Notes under the pieces: model-generated
Told to the model about the DNA's origin: nothing
The model's database searches: none
The model's input: only the letters and a program-made list of their open reading frames with translations
Translations under genes and position numbers: made by a program
Origin: Candidatus Iainarchaeum sp.
Lineage (GTDB): Archaea; Iainarchaeota; Iainarchaeia; Iainarchaeales; JACQJH01
Direction: 5' to 3'
Length of the DNA stretch: 32,000 nucleotides
NCBI GenBank assembly: GCA_016205145.1
Contig: JACQJH010000001.1
Span: 60,001-92,000 of the forward strand
Shown: positions 7,132 to 15,570 of the stretch, piece after piece
How the letters are laid out: each line of letters opens with the position of its first letter
Position numbering within the stretch: the stretch's first letter is position 1

Positions 7132-8355
7132 TTGAACGGGCGGCTCGCTTTTCTGGCTTTCGCGCTTGCCATGCTTTTTGCTTCAGTTTCAGCGGAAACG
7201 CTTTTCCAGAGGACCTTTGCAGAAATGGGCTATGACTCTGCGGTTGTCGACGGTCCGCAGACCGCGAAGTGCGTTGACTTTTCGGTTGTCTTCCCGCAGG
7301 AACTGCTTTCGGACAAAGAGGTTTTTGCGGTCGCGTCAATCAATGCCGAGTTTTTGCCGGTGCTGTCCGATGACGCCAATCTCAGCATTTCATTGAACGG
7401 CGAACAGGTCGCCGGCAACCAGTCCACAAAGCTTTATTGTAAAGGGGAGTGCTGGCTGAGGGTTGACCTGGACAAGGCAAAAATCCTTCCGGAGAACACC
7501 CTAAGTGTTTGCGTGCAAACCTCGGATTCGACGCCGAAAATAATAGTTTCAAACGATTCCATGGTCGGATTGTACAAGGCGCCGCGTTTTCTGGAATCGG
7601 ATTTTGTCAAGTCCACAAACAAGGCTTCCTATCTTCTTGGCGAAACCGCGACGGTTTCGATTTCATTGAAAAATTCCGGCAGCGAGCCAGCATTTGTCCA
7701 GATCCTGCACATCAAGCCGGCGGCGAAGCTTGCAAGGGAATACCGCACTTTCAACGTTCTTGAAGGTGAAAGCGAGTGGAAGGGCTTCATCAATCCGGGC
7801 GAACAGAAAACGGTTTCTTACACAATCAAGCCGGCTGACGCGCTGACAATGACTCTGCCGCCGGCAATAGCCTATTTCAAGAACGAGTTCGGAGACGAAC
7901 TTTCAATAGTGTCGAACCCGCCGACTTTCACTGTGCGCGAACCGGAAAAGAAACTGAGCGCTATAATAGTGCTGTCAAACCCGCGCGTTCAGCTCGGCGA
8001 AAACGCCAAGGCTGACGTCCTGGTCAAGAACAGCGGCAAGGACGCATTGTACGGCCTTTCATTTGAGCTTGTCCTGCCCGAAGGCGTTGAAGCGGTTTCC
8101 GGCGAAACGCAGTCTGAAATCGGTTTCCTGGCATCCGGCGAATCCGAAAAGCTTTCATTCAGGCTGGCTGCAAAAAAAAGCGGAACCTTCTCGCTGGGCT
8201 GTGCAATAACTTTTTCCGGCTCTCCGGAAAAAACCGAATGCGAGCCGAACTCGGTTGAGTTCTCGGAAGCCGGCCTGAATCCTGCAATCATTGTCGGCGC
8301 AGTCCTGCTTGCAATCGGCGCGGGCGTGTACTTTTACCTGAAACGCGAAGGCTAA
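7132..8355 (+). CDS. Cell-surface protein with CARDB/COG1361-like beta-sandwich repeats, an N-terminal signal peptide and a C-terminal TM anchor
   Basis: TTG start. Signal-like N-terminus MNGRLAFLAFALAMLFASVSAE. Repeats of the type SISLKNSGSEPAFVQI and VLVKNSGKDALYGLSFELVLPEGVE. C-terminus PAIIVGAVLLAIGAGVYFYLKREG. Confidence 0.7.
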   Translation: MNGRLAFLAFALAMLFASVSAETLFQRTFAEMGYDSAVVDGPQTAKCVDFSVVFPQELLSDKEVFAVASINAEFLPVLSDDANLSISLNGEQVAGNQSTKLYCKGECWLRVDLDKAKILPENTLSVCVQTSDSTPKIIVSNDSMVGLYKAPRFLESDFVKSTNKASYLLGETATVSISLKNSGSEPAFVQILHIKPAAKLAREYRTFNVLEGESEWKGFINPGEQKTVSYTIKPADALTMTLPPAIAYFKNEFGDELSIVSNPPTFTVREPEKKLSAIIVLSNPRVQLGENAKADVLVKNSGKDALYGLSFELVLPEGVEAVSGETQSEIGFLASGESEKLSFRLAAKKSGTFSLGCAITFSGSPEKTECEPNSVEFSEAGLNPAIIVGAVLLAIGAGVYFYLKREG

Positions 8356-8365
8356 ACCGGCATGC

Positions 8366-8394
8366 GTGGTGCTCCGCAATAGCGCGAGCACCAC
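8366..8394. terminator. 9-bp GC hairpin (GTGGTGCTC...GAGCACCAC) between convergent genes
   Basis: Read directly from the sequence. It lies in the 66-nt spacer between the stops at 8355 (+) and 8422 (-). No adjacent T-run, so its function is uncertain. Confidence 0.35.
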
Positions 8395-8421
8395 AAACCG
8401 CACCAGCCGGGCGTTCGGCTC

Positions 8422-11400
8422 TTACCAGTTCTTTAGTATCCTGTTTTCGGTTTCCTTTTTTTCCGCTTCGCCTTTTTCCCTTTTTTTTCTCACAGCAAAC
8501 AGCAGGGCCGCGGCAATTGCTATTGGTGCCAGGATTGCCGGAACGGGGAGGTTTTGCATTCCAGCAAAGCCGGTCGCATTCTGCCCGGAACCGGAATTCA
8601 GCAGGACAATCGCCTTGAGGTAGTGGCCTTTTTCGAATTCCTTTTTTGCAAGGACTATTGCTTCGGGGTTTTGCCTGCCGGAGTTCGCGTTTTCCGCGGC
8701 TGAATTGAACTGCACTGTCGCGTCTTCTTTCATCAATGCGAGCGCCTTGCCGGTTTCCTTTTCAATGGCGTCAAGCCTGTCAACGGAGCGGAGGAATTTC
8801 GCTTTCTGCTTTTCAAATAGTTCAACCGCGTCCCTGAAATCGCGTTTGCGGTTTTCATTGAAAATTCCTTCAAGCCCCGCTTTCAACACCTCGGAGTCCA
8901 AAGCTTCTAGTTCCAGTTCAAGCTGGCCAAGCCTTTCGGATGTCATCGGCGGAACGTATGCGATTGCAGCCAGCTCTTCCATTGTGACGCCGGACAAGGC
9001 GTTTGCGACCAAGGCGAATTTTTCGGGAACGGTTTTTTCAATTTTCTCCAGGAATTCCTTTGCCCTGGTTTCGTTTTCAAGCGACTTTTTTTCAACCGCC
9101 TTTTCCAGTGCAATGTTCAGGTCGAACAGGTTTTCCGCGAGGCTGTCCGTCAGTTTCTTCGCCCCCGCCAGGTTGCCTTTGAACGTTTCCCTTTCCGCGT
9201 CCGAGGCAATGGCAAGCGCGTTCTCCGCGTTCGCGTCAAGGGCATTCGCGCGCAGTTCCGGAAGCATTTTTTCAAGGCTTTCCTTGAGCAGCAATTGCTT
9301 TTCATGCAGCGCCTGGTTTAAGCCGTTGGGCGTTTCCGCCAGCCTTGCCTTTGCCGCATACAATGAACTGATGCCTTTTTCCGGCCCGGATTTTTTGGAT
9401 TCGCTTTCTGCAGCAAGCAAGAGTTGTTCCGCCCCGGAAATGCTTTGCCGTGCCTGGCCGGCTTCTTCCGCAAACCCGTTTTCTTCAAGTTCAGCGGCCG
9501 CCGCCTTTTTTTGGTCAATTTCTTTCTGCACGGCTTTTTTCATTTCGGCGAAAAGCATTGCGCTTTCGCTTTCCGCGTTTTCCTTTTGCTGCAATTCCGA
9601 GGCTTCTTTTGAAATGTCCGAAATTTTCTGGATGCGTTCCTTTGAGGAAAAGCCGGCCGCGGCGGCTTCCATTTCCTGCACTTCCGCAAGCAGTTCTTCC
9701 GCCTTGGCCGCAACAGCCGGGTTCTGTGACACAACAAGCTTTTCAAGCCGGTTTTCGGTTTCCGCCAGCAATGAACTCCAGTACGTCTGCTCGTCGAAGA
9801 CCGCGAACTCCGCATTGAAGGATTTTTCGCGCAAGGCCGGAAGCAACGGAATCCTGAATGAAATCATTGCGCCGGACTGGCTTGTTTCGATTTTTTTCCC
9901 TGTTTCGTCGGTAACGGCCAGGCCCGACACGTTTCCTGCCGCTGGAAACGGCGATTGCACAAAAACGTCTTCGACTTCGATCGGCAGGACGTTGGAAACT
10001 TTTATGAGCGCCTTGAGCCTTGACGAGTTCGCCTCAAACGCGGTTTTTTCCAGAACGCTTGTCTGCACGCTGACTGCGTCGCGCACAGTGAAATAAACCA
10101 TGACGTTTTCCTTTCCGGCAAGGTTTTCCATGTCAAAAGAAATTTTGTTGCCCTCCAGCCAGTGCTTAAGCTCCGCGTTGTTCCTTATGGCGAAAACGTT
10201 TGCGGCAGGCTTTGAAAAGTTTTCGCCGAGAAGATAAGTCTGCAACCTGAATTTCGGCGTTCCCGCGTCAGCCGACAAGGCTATTTTTTTCTCGACAAAC
10301 GCCTGTCCGTTGCCCGCAAAAAACGCCTGTGTTTCCTCTTCGGCCCTGACCGAGAGCACGGCAAAAAATTCTATTCTGGTTGTTCCCTGTGGAATGCTTT
10401 TGAACTCTGCCGCAAGGCTTTTGCCTTCCTGGCTTAATCCGGAAACGTTTGCGGGCAGGCTTTCAAAGCGCGCAAAGTTGGATGAAAAAGGGAAATCAAT
10501 TTCAACCGGCCGGTCAAAGCCGCCGAACGGGTTTGTGATTGCAAGCACAAACCTTGCCTCGGCCGGCTTTCCGGCTTCAACCGGCTGTTCCGCAAAAGCC
10601 TCAAGCGAAAACCTTTCGGCAAAAAATGCCCTGATGGCGTCTGCAAGGCTTTCCTCGGCATCAGACTTCAAGTCAGCGGCTTCATTTTCCAGTTCGTCCA
10701 GTTCAAGGGCGCCTTTTTCCGTCAGCTTCCCGTTTGAAATCTTTTGCCCGAGCCTTTGCAGTTCTTCCTCAAATGCCTGCGCGTTTTCCGGTGCTAACGC
10801 CTTTGGCGAGACCGAGGAAATGGCGAGCAGCGACGCAACCGTTTCTCTCGCCCCAGACAGGTTTGCGGCCGCGTTTCTTGCCTCATCCGAATCAGAAAGA
10901 GCCCGCAGCGCATCCTCTCTGAGGCTTTCGCACGCGTTCCTAACCATCAGCATCTGCTGTTCAGAGAATTCAACGCTTTCCAGAATTTCAAGCCTTGGCA
11001 GGAATCCTGACAGTTTTTCCCTGAGGCTTTTTTCCGAGAACGCCTTTTTCAGGAAGCCATGGCAATCCGAAAGCAGTTCCTCCTGCCCGGCCCGGAAAGC
11101 CGCAAAGTTTTTTTTCGCCGCCTCAAAGTCCTTGAAAGAACTGAACGCTTTCCCGCAAAACCTTATTTTTTCCGCACCGCTTTTTTCGGCCGCAAATTTT
11201 TTGGAATAGAACAATGCCCTTTCCTTGAGGCCGGCAATGCCTTCCGGCAAATTCTTTTCCTTTTCGAGGCTGTCAGAAATTTCCTCGGTTTTTCTTTCGC
11301 ACAGGAATTCCGCCTGCCTGCCGAAACTGTCTTCAAAAAACGCGATTTCGGTTTCAATCGACTTCAGGCTGTTGAGGGTTTCCTTGAGTTTGCCTGCGGT

Positions 11401-12606
11401 TCCGCCGAGCGAAAGCCTTTTCAGGCCTGATTTGAGTTCAAGCATTTCCTGTTTTGCGGCAATGATTTTGGGCAGGGCTTTTTCCGCGAGTTCCTTTGCC
11501 GAGGTTATTTCAAGGCTTCCGGAGGAAATGCCGTGCGTCTGCCTTGTCATGCCAAGTTCGGCCAGAAAACCGTTGTCTTCCGGCAGGCTGTCTGAAATGT
11601 TTTGCGACCTCTCCAAAAGTTTGTCCGCCATGCCGAGGTTTTCTTCCAGTATTTCGGAATTGCGCTGCACGAGTTCGGCTTTGTGGCTTTGCTCGGCTTT
11701 CAGGATCTGCGAGAATTTTTCCGCCGCCGAGTTCCGTTCGCCGAGAAAATCGTTGTAGGATTCGAAGAAACCGAACGCGGGAAAATTTTTCATGGTCTCG
11801 ATTGCCGACCTGAACTTCGCCTGCCTTGAAAGCGCGTCGATGACGTTGCCCACAAAATCCGAGATGATTGGCAGGTAAAGCCCGTTTCCGACGGCTTTTT
11901 TTTCGAGCGCGGAATCGTGCCTTCCGAGAAAATCGAGCAGGGAAAACTCGCGCTGTGCCACGGGCGAAAAGCCGTTTTGTTCCGCCAACGCGCTGAACTT
12001 TTGCGCCTGCAACGCAACAAATCCTGAAAATGACGAGTTGTTCGCTTTTCCTTCCTGCAGGTCGTTGGCGTTCTGGGCCAGCAAAACATGGTCCGCGAAA
12101 AGCGGCTCTTCCTTGGCAAGGCCGATGCCTTCGCCTTCAAGGAAAGATTTTTCCAGCAGGAGCACGGCTTCCGCTTTCTGCAACGCGTTTTGCGCCTCGT
12201 CAAAAGCCCTTTCAAGGTTGTGCGAAAAGCTGTTGATCTGGAATGAAAGGTCAGCCGGGTTGGAGGCATTGCGGCACGCCTCGTTCATTGCCTTCAGGTT
12301 TTTCTGGGCAAAGTTCAGGTAAAGCCAGCTCAAGGCGGCATGGTTTTTGTAGTAATAGAGTTCCTGGCTGATTTCCGGCGCAAAGTCCTGTTCGAAGCCG
12401 AAAAAGCTTTTTTCAACGCTTTCAAAGCACTTTTCCTGCGTCGAACATTCCGGCACCAGGGCAAAGCTTTTCGAAGTCAAATCGACGCACAGCTGCCTTT
12501 CCCCGATTGAAACCCTGTCATTGACGCAGCCGGCAAGGAAAAGCAATGCCGCAATGAAAAGTGCCGAAAAGCCTTTTCGCACCAAAACCACGAAAAATTT
12601 CGGCAA
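8422..12606 (-). CDS. Giant (1394 aa) coiled-coil surface protein with an N-terminal lipobox-type signal and a C-terminal TM anchor
   Basis: One uninterrupted ORF. N-terminus MPKFFVVLVRKGFSALFIAALLFLAGC (LAGC lipobox). Long A/E/K/L-rich helical stretches span aa ~115-685 and ~945-1345, flanking a beta-rich segment at aa ~685-945 (nt ~9772-10554). C-terminus LPVPAILAPIAIAAALLFAVRKKREKGE. The start codon is ambiguous (TTG 12606, GTG 12591 or GTG 12582). Confidence 0.85.
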   Translation of the reverse strand: MPKFFVVLVRKGFSALFIAALLFLAGCVNDRVSIGERQLCVDLTSKSFALVPECSTQEKCFESVEKSFFGFEQDFAPEISQELYYYKNHAALSWLYLNFAQKNLKAMNEACRNASNPADLSFQINSFSHNLERAFDEAQNALQKAEAVLLLEKSFLEGEGIGLAKEEPLFADHVLLAQNANDLQEGKANNSSFSGFVALQAQKFSALAEQNGFSPVAQREFSLLDFLGRHDSALEKKAVGNGLYLPIISDFVGNVIDALSRQAKFRSAIETMKNFPAFGFFESYNDFLGERNSAAEKFSQILKAEQSHKAELVQRNSEILEENLGMADKLLERSQNISDSLPEDNGFLAELGMTRQTHGISSGSLEITSAKELAEKALPKIIAAKQEMLELKSGLKRLSLGGTAGKLKETLNSLKSIETEIAFFEDSFGRQAEFLCERKTEEISDSLEKEKNLPEGIAGLKERALFYSKKFAAEKSGAEKIRFCGKAFSSFKDFEAAKKNFAAFRAGQEELLSDCHGFLKKAFSEKSLREKLSGFLPRLEILESVEFSEQQMLMVRNACESLREDALRALSDSDEARNAAANLSGARETVASLLAISSVSPKALAPENAQAFEEELQRLGQKISNGKLTEKGALELDELENEAADLKSDAEESLADAIRAFFAERFSLEAFAEQPVEAGKPAEARFVLAITNPFGGFDRPVEIDFPFSSNFARFESLPANVSGLSQEGKSLAAEFKSIPQGTTRIEFFAVLSVRAEEETQAFFAGNGQAFVEKKIALSADAGTPKFRLQTYLLGENFSKPAANVFAIRNNAELKHWLEGNKISFDMENLAGKENVMVYFTVRDAVSVQTSVLEKTAFEANSSRLKALIKVSNVLPIEVEDVFVQSPFPAAGNVSGLAVTDETGKKIETSQSGAMISFRIPLLPALREKSFNAEFAVFDEQTYWSSLLAETENRLEKLVVSQNPAVAAKAEELLAEVQEMEAAAAGFSSKERIQKISDISKEASELQQKENAESESAMLFAEMKKAVQKEIDQKKAAAAELEENGFAEEAGQARQSISGAEQLLLAAESESKKSGPEKGISSLYAAKARLAETPNGLNQALHEKQLLLKESLEKMLPELRANALDANAENALAIASDAERETFKGNLAGAKKLTDSLAENLFDLNIALEKAVEKKSLENETRAKEFLEKIEKTVPEKFALVANALSGVTMEELAAIAYVPPMTSERLGQLELELEALDSEVLKAGLEGIFNENRKRDFRDAVELFEKQKAKFLRSVDRLDAIEKETGKALALMKEDATVQFNSAAENANSGRQNPEAIVLAKKEFEKGHYLKAIVLLNSGSGQNATGFAGMQNLPVPAILAPIAIAAALLFAVRKKREKGEAEKKETENRILKNW

Positions 12607-12651
12607 GGCGAAGGAATAAATGGCTTTGCGATTTTTCGGCGGAAGACGAAG

Positions 12652-12915
12652 TTAATATCTGGGCTGTTTGTAAACGTTTTTTCTGTGCCCTATTTTATGG
12701 ATTGACAATATGTTATTTGTTGGGAATTTTTCCAGAATCAGCCGGTAATGGCCTATTCTTATCTTGTAAAATCTGGTGCCCTTTACCTTTTCAAGGGCCA
12801 TGCCATCACTGCCCTCCATTTCGGAAATTTTTTTCAACGCTCTTTCGATAACCGGTTTTTCCAGTTTTAGAAGCTCTTTCTTGGCATCTTCATTCCAAAT
12901 TATTTTTGACGGCAT
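12652..12915 (-). CDS. relE: RelE/ParE-family type II toxin
   Basis: 87 aa. The motif ...FYKIRIGHYRLILEK...IHKIGHRKNVY is typical of RelE/ParE toxins. The ATG directly abuts the stop of the upstream small gene. Confidence 0.8.
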   Translation of the reverse strand: MPSKIIWNEDAKKELLKLEKPVIERALKKISEMEGSDGMALEKVKGTRFYKIRIGHYRLILEKFPTNNILSIHKIGHRKNVYKQPRY

Positions 12916-13170
12916 TCAAAGACCAAGCTCTTTTTTTATCTGTTCAGTGGTATAAAACCTGCCTTTCCGGATGTTTTTCCTGGACTTTTTTATATCCCTG
13001 ATTGTTTCTTCGCTGAGTTCGAGTTCAGCTTCCCCGTCCTCTTTTGCAATGATGACCAGCCTGCCCAGGACTTCCTCATAAGTTTCCCTCGGATGGTCTT
13101 TAAATGAATCAAGTTCCATTTTCATTTTCTTTGAAATCTGGATGGTTGTCGAATCACTCACTATAATCAC
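12916..13170 (-). CDS. Putative cognate antitoxin
   Basis: 84 aa. N-terminus TTIQISKKMKMELDSFKDHPRETYEEVLGRL resembles archaeal antitoxins. GTG start (13170 or 13161). A TATA-rich palindromic region lies upstream (13171-13200). Confidence 0.65.
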   Translation of the reverse strand: MIIVSDSTTIQISKKMKMELDSFKDHPRETYEEVLGRLVIIAKEDGEAELELSEETIRDIKKSRKNIRKGRFYTTEQIKKELGL

Positions 13171-13436
13171 CTATATTATATTATAGCACACTATATTTTA
13201 AATTACTGGATAACGTCGATTTCTTCGGCGCAGTTGGTTTTCGGTCCCCTGAAAGTGGCCTTTTCGAGTTTGTCCCAGGCATTCCCGTCTTTTTTCATTT
13301 AGCCGTCAAGTATTTCCTTTAGGCCTTGGAATTTAATCCTTTCTTTGTCTGCGGCAAACGCCGAATTCCGGCACAATTAATCTATTTATATAACTTTGAT
13401 CACATTCCTTGCAATCAGCTTGTTTTTGGTGTCATC

Positions 13437-13781
13437 ATGTCGTTCGGCTTTGGCAGGAAAGGAGTCATTTTTTCGACTGACGCTTTGTTCGGAGTCTTCT
13501 TTGTCGCGCTCATCGCGTCTGTAATGCTTTTGAACAACCAGTCCAATGCCTTCGAGAACAGGGTGTTTGAAAACCTGGGCAGGAAAACCTCTGACGCGGC
13601 AATGGTTGGCTTCCAGACCGGCCAAAACGTGTCTGCTCCGGCCTTCACGGCCTTGGGCTTGTCTGATTCCATGCCGGCGTTGAAGGGCTTCGGAAAATGC
13701 TCTTACTCTTATTCTTACGCACCGGCCGCAGACACTATCCAGTCAAATGTCGTAATCCAAAAGTTTTGCGCAAGCGAATGA
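13437..13781 (+). CDS. Archaeal type IV pilin-like protein (class III signal peptide)
   Basis: ORF 13326 trimmed to ATG 13437. N-terminus MSFGFGRKG/VIFSTDALFGVFFVALIASVMLL: a short basic leader ending in KG, then an FSxDA motif and a hydrophobic helix. Confidence 0.5.
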   Translation: MSFGFGRKGVIFSTDALFGVFFVALIASVMLLNNQSNAFENRVFENLGRKTSDAAMVGFQTGQNVSAPAFTALGLSDSMPALKGFGKCSYSYSYAPAADTIQSNVVIQKFCASE

Positions 13782-13782
13782 C

Positions 13783-14079
13783 TCATTGCCCGGATTGGCT
13801 GAAGCATTCCTGTGCAGTGCTTCCGGTTTTTGTGAGGCAGGAAATGCACCGGCTTACCTGCTGTTCGGACAAATCATAGCGCTTTTCGCAGTCGGCAAGC
13901 TTTTTGTTGCCCGCGTTGAGCATTGGCTGTACAACCTGGCTGTCAAGGGCAATGCCGATTATCATGCCGGCAACGAACAGCACGACCATTATCGTGGCGG
14001 TTGACGACCAGAAGCCCTTCTTTTCGGCAGGCTTTCTCGGATTGTGGTCATCGCGTTCTTCGCGCTTTTTGAATGCCAT
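13783..14079 (-). CDS. Small single-pass membrane protein with a 4-Cys ectodomain
   Basis: 98 aa. Basic N-terminus, TM helix TATIMVVLFVAGMIIGIAL, then C-x12-C-x2-C-x10-C. TATA-like box about 28 nt upstream of ATG 14079. Confidence 0.45.
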   Translation of the reverse strand: MAFKKREERDDHNPRKPAEKKGFWSSTATIMVVLFVAGMIIGIALDSQVVQPMLNAGNKKLADCEKRYDLSEQQVSRCISCLTKTGSTAQECFSQSGQ

Positions 14080-14131
14080 GGAAGAGAATTAGCTTAACTT
14101 GTTTTTATTTATTGCTTTGCGCTTCTTTTGG

Positions 14132-14246
14132 CATGAGTTTTGCATTCATTTCATGAGCCGGTTTCGTCCGGCTGGTTCGACGTTGAGGGTTCTCACTGCT
14201 GTTCGAACCCTCTGCCTGCCTTCATTAGTTTTGCATTCATTTCATG
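14132..14246. repeat. 20-bp perfect direct repeat (AGTTTTGCATTCATTTCATG at 14136-14155 and 14227-14246; 24 bp with 1 mismatch) flanking a ~70-bp hairpin-containing insert
   Basis: Read directly from the sequence. The repeat period is 91 bp. The inner copy encodes the last conserved residues of taw1 (HEMNAKLM), and the outer copy preserves an alternative in-frame tail. Confidence 0.9.
14156..14181 (-). repeat. Copy 2 of the dispersed 26-nt hairpin motif (GTCGAACCAGCCGGACGAAACCGGCT on the minus strand)
   Basis: 25/26 identity to 3486-3511. It lies inside the insert bounded by the 20-bp direct repeats. Confidence 0.9.
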
Positions 14247-15389
14247 CGACGGGTCAATTCGGGTTTCAAATTCTCTGTGCTGTTCCGTTTTCACGCCCTT
14301 TGTTTTGTGCGCTTTCGCCCAGGCCTTGAAGTCGATCCAGCGCGGGGTTTTCCCGTCCCAGAGCAATGCAACCCTGCTTGGCAGATGCTCGTCCGCGTAA
14401 ACGAATCCAAGCTCTTCGTTGAATTCGCGCGCAAACTCCCTGACTTCTTCCATTTCAAGCATTCCTTTCAGGCCCACACGCTTGCGCGAAAAGCCGACAG
14501 CAACATAACTTTTGAGTTCCACGAAATTCGGCTTCGCGGTTTCCTTGACAATCTGCGCGAATTTTTTCGCGTCCTTCGCATTCACGCCTTTTGTCAGGGT
14601 CAGCCTTATCACGCTGCGGTTGAAGTGCCTGAGCAGGGAAAGCGTTTCCATAATTCTCTGCCACGCGTCCTTTTCAAGCGGGTGGCAGGCGCGTTTGAAT
14701 GTTTCCTCATCCGGTGCCGGCATCGTTACATAAATCTGCGTGGGCTGGTGCTTTATCAGTTTACGTACCATTTCCGGCTGCGTGCCGTTCGAAACCAAAA
14801 AAGTCGAGCAGCCATGAGCGTTGATTTCGTCTATGAGTTCCGGCAAGTGCTTGAACAGTGTAGGCTCGCCTGTCAGGGAAATTGCGAAGTGCATCGGCAC
14901 GTCCATTTCCGAAACGCGTTGTTCCACTGCCGTCCTGTTGCCCTTGAAGCCGACAAGCAGTTTCTTGTGCGCTTCAACCGAGTTGCCGAAAATCGTGTCG
15001 ACCGGGTCCTCTTCTATGCTCAACTTCGTTTCGCGCTTGCTTATGTCTCTCCAACACCACTCGCATGCCAAATTGCAGGTGTCCAAAACCGGGGACATTT
15101 GCACGCAGCGCCAGCTTTCAATGCCGTAAAACCTGTGCTTGTAACATGTGCCATCGCCGCGCAAAGCCTTTTTCGTCCACTCGCAGACCTTCACGGCAGT
15201 GTGGTTGCCTGCCAGGCGGTAGCCTTGGCCTAAAAGCTTTTCCAGTCTTGCCGGGGACATCCAAGCATTTTCAGCATCGTCTTCGGGGTTTGCGCCTGCA
15301 CCTGCTTTTGCGTCCGCCGATTGCCCGGCTTCTTTGTACATCGGCAGTTCGTCAGGTGAATCCTGCAGTACTGTAAGTTCTTCGCTCAT
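14193..15389 (-). CDS. taw1: tRNA 4-demethylwyosine synthase (radical SAM, TYW1/Taw1)
   Basis: ORF 15473 trimmed to ATG 15389 (MSEELTVLQ), with a TATA-like box about 25 nt upstream. Radical-SAM motif CNLACEWCW and the TYW1-type CYKHRFYGIESWRCVQMSP. The C-terminal 9 aa derive from the insert described in the findings. Confidence 0.85.
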   Translation of the reverse strand: MSEELTVLQDSPDELPMYKEAGQSADAKAGAGANPEDDAENAWMSPARLEKLLGQGYRLAGNHTAVKVCEWTKKALRGDGTCYKHRFYGIESWRCVQMSPVLDTCNLACEWCWRDISKRETKLSIEEDPVDTIFGNSVEAHKKLLVGFKGNRTAVEQRVSEMDVPMHFAISLTGEPTLFKHLPELIDEINAHGCSTFLVSNGTQPEMVRKLIKHQPTQIYVTMPAPDEETFKRACHPLEKDAWQRIMETLSLLRHFNRSVIRLTLTKGVNAKDAKKFAQIVKETAKPNFVELKSYVAVGFSRKRVGLKGMLEMEEVREFAREFNEELGFVYADEHLPSRVALLWDGKTPRWIDFKAWAKAHKTKGVKTEQHREFETRIDPSHEMNAKLMKAGRGFEQQ

Positions 15390-15570
15390 GCAGAATTTTA
15401 GGGGCGCAAAATTTAAAAATTCAAGGCGCCTTTGTTTAAAATGGCGCCATTGAAGCGCGGCGGAATTCGGCAAAAAGGCGTTTTATGTATTAAGAAGTAA
15501 GTTTTATAAATTGCAAAGCCATTTATACAATAAATCATTTCATAATCTTCAATGATTAGTTGGTGAAAGC

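Noticed and set aside
8705-10096. 463-aa + strand ORF (also 10310..11209 and others) inside the giant gene
   Set aside because: It is antisense to a continuous 1394-aa ORF. The translation is Ser/Ala/Phe-rich low complexity, as expected from the reverse complement of a Glu/Lys/Ala-rich coiled-coil gene.
13203-13298. 31-codon minus-strand ORF (MKKDGNAWDKLEKATFRGPKTNCAEEIDVIQ) upstream of the TA pair
   Set aside because: Too short, with no start signal. It may be a gene fragment and is mentioned only as part of the islet.
14171-14211. GGTTCGA and GTTCGAACC strings reminiscent of a tRNA T-loop
   Set aside because: No flanking 5-bp T-stem, acceptor stem, D-arm or anticodon arm can be built on either strand. 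No tRNA cloverleaf was found anywhere in the window.
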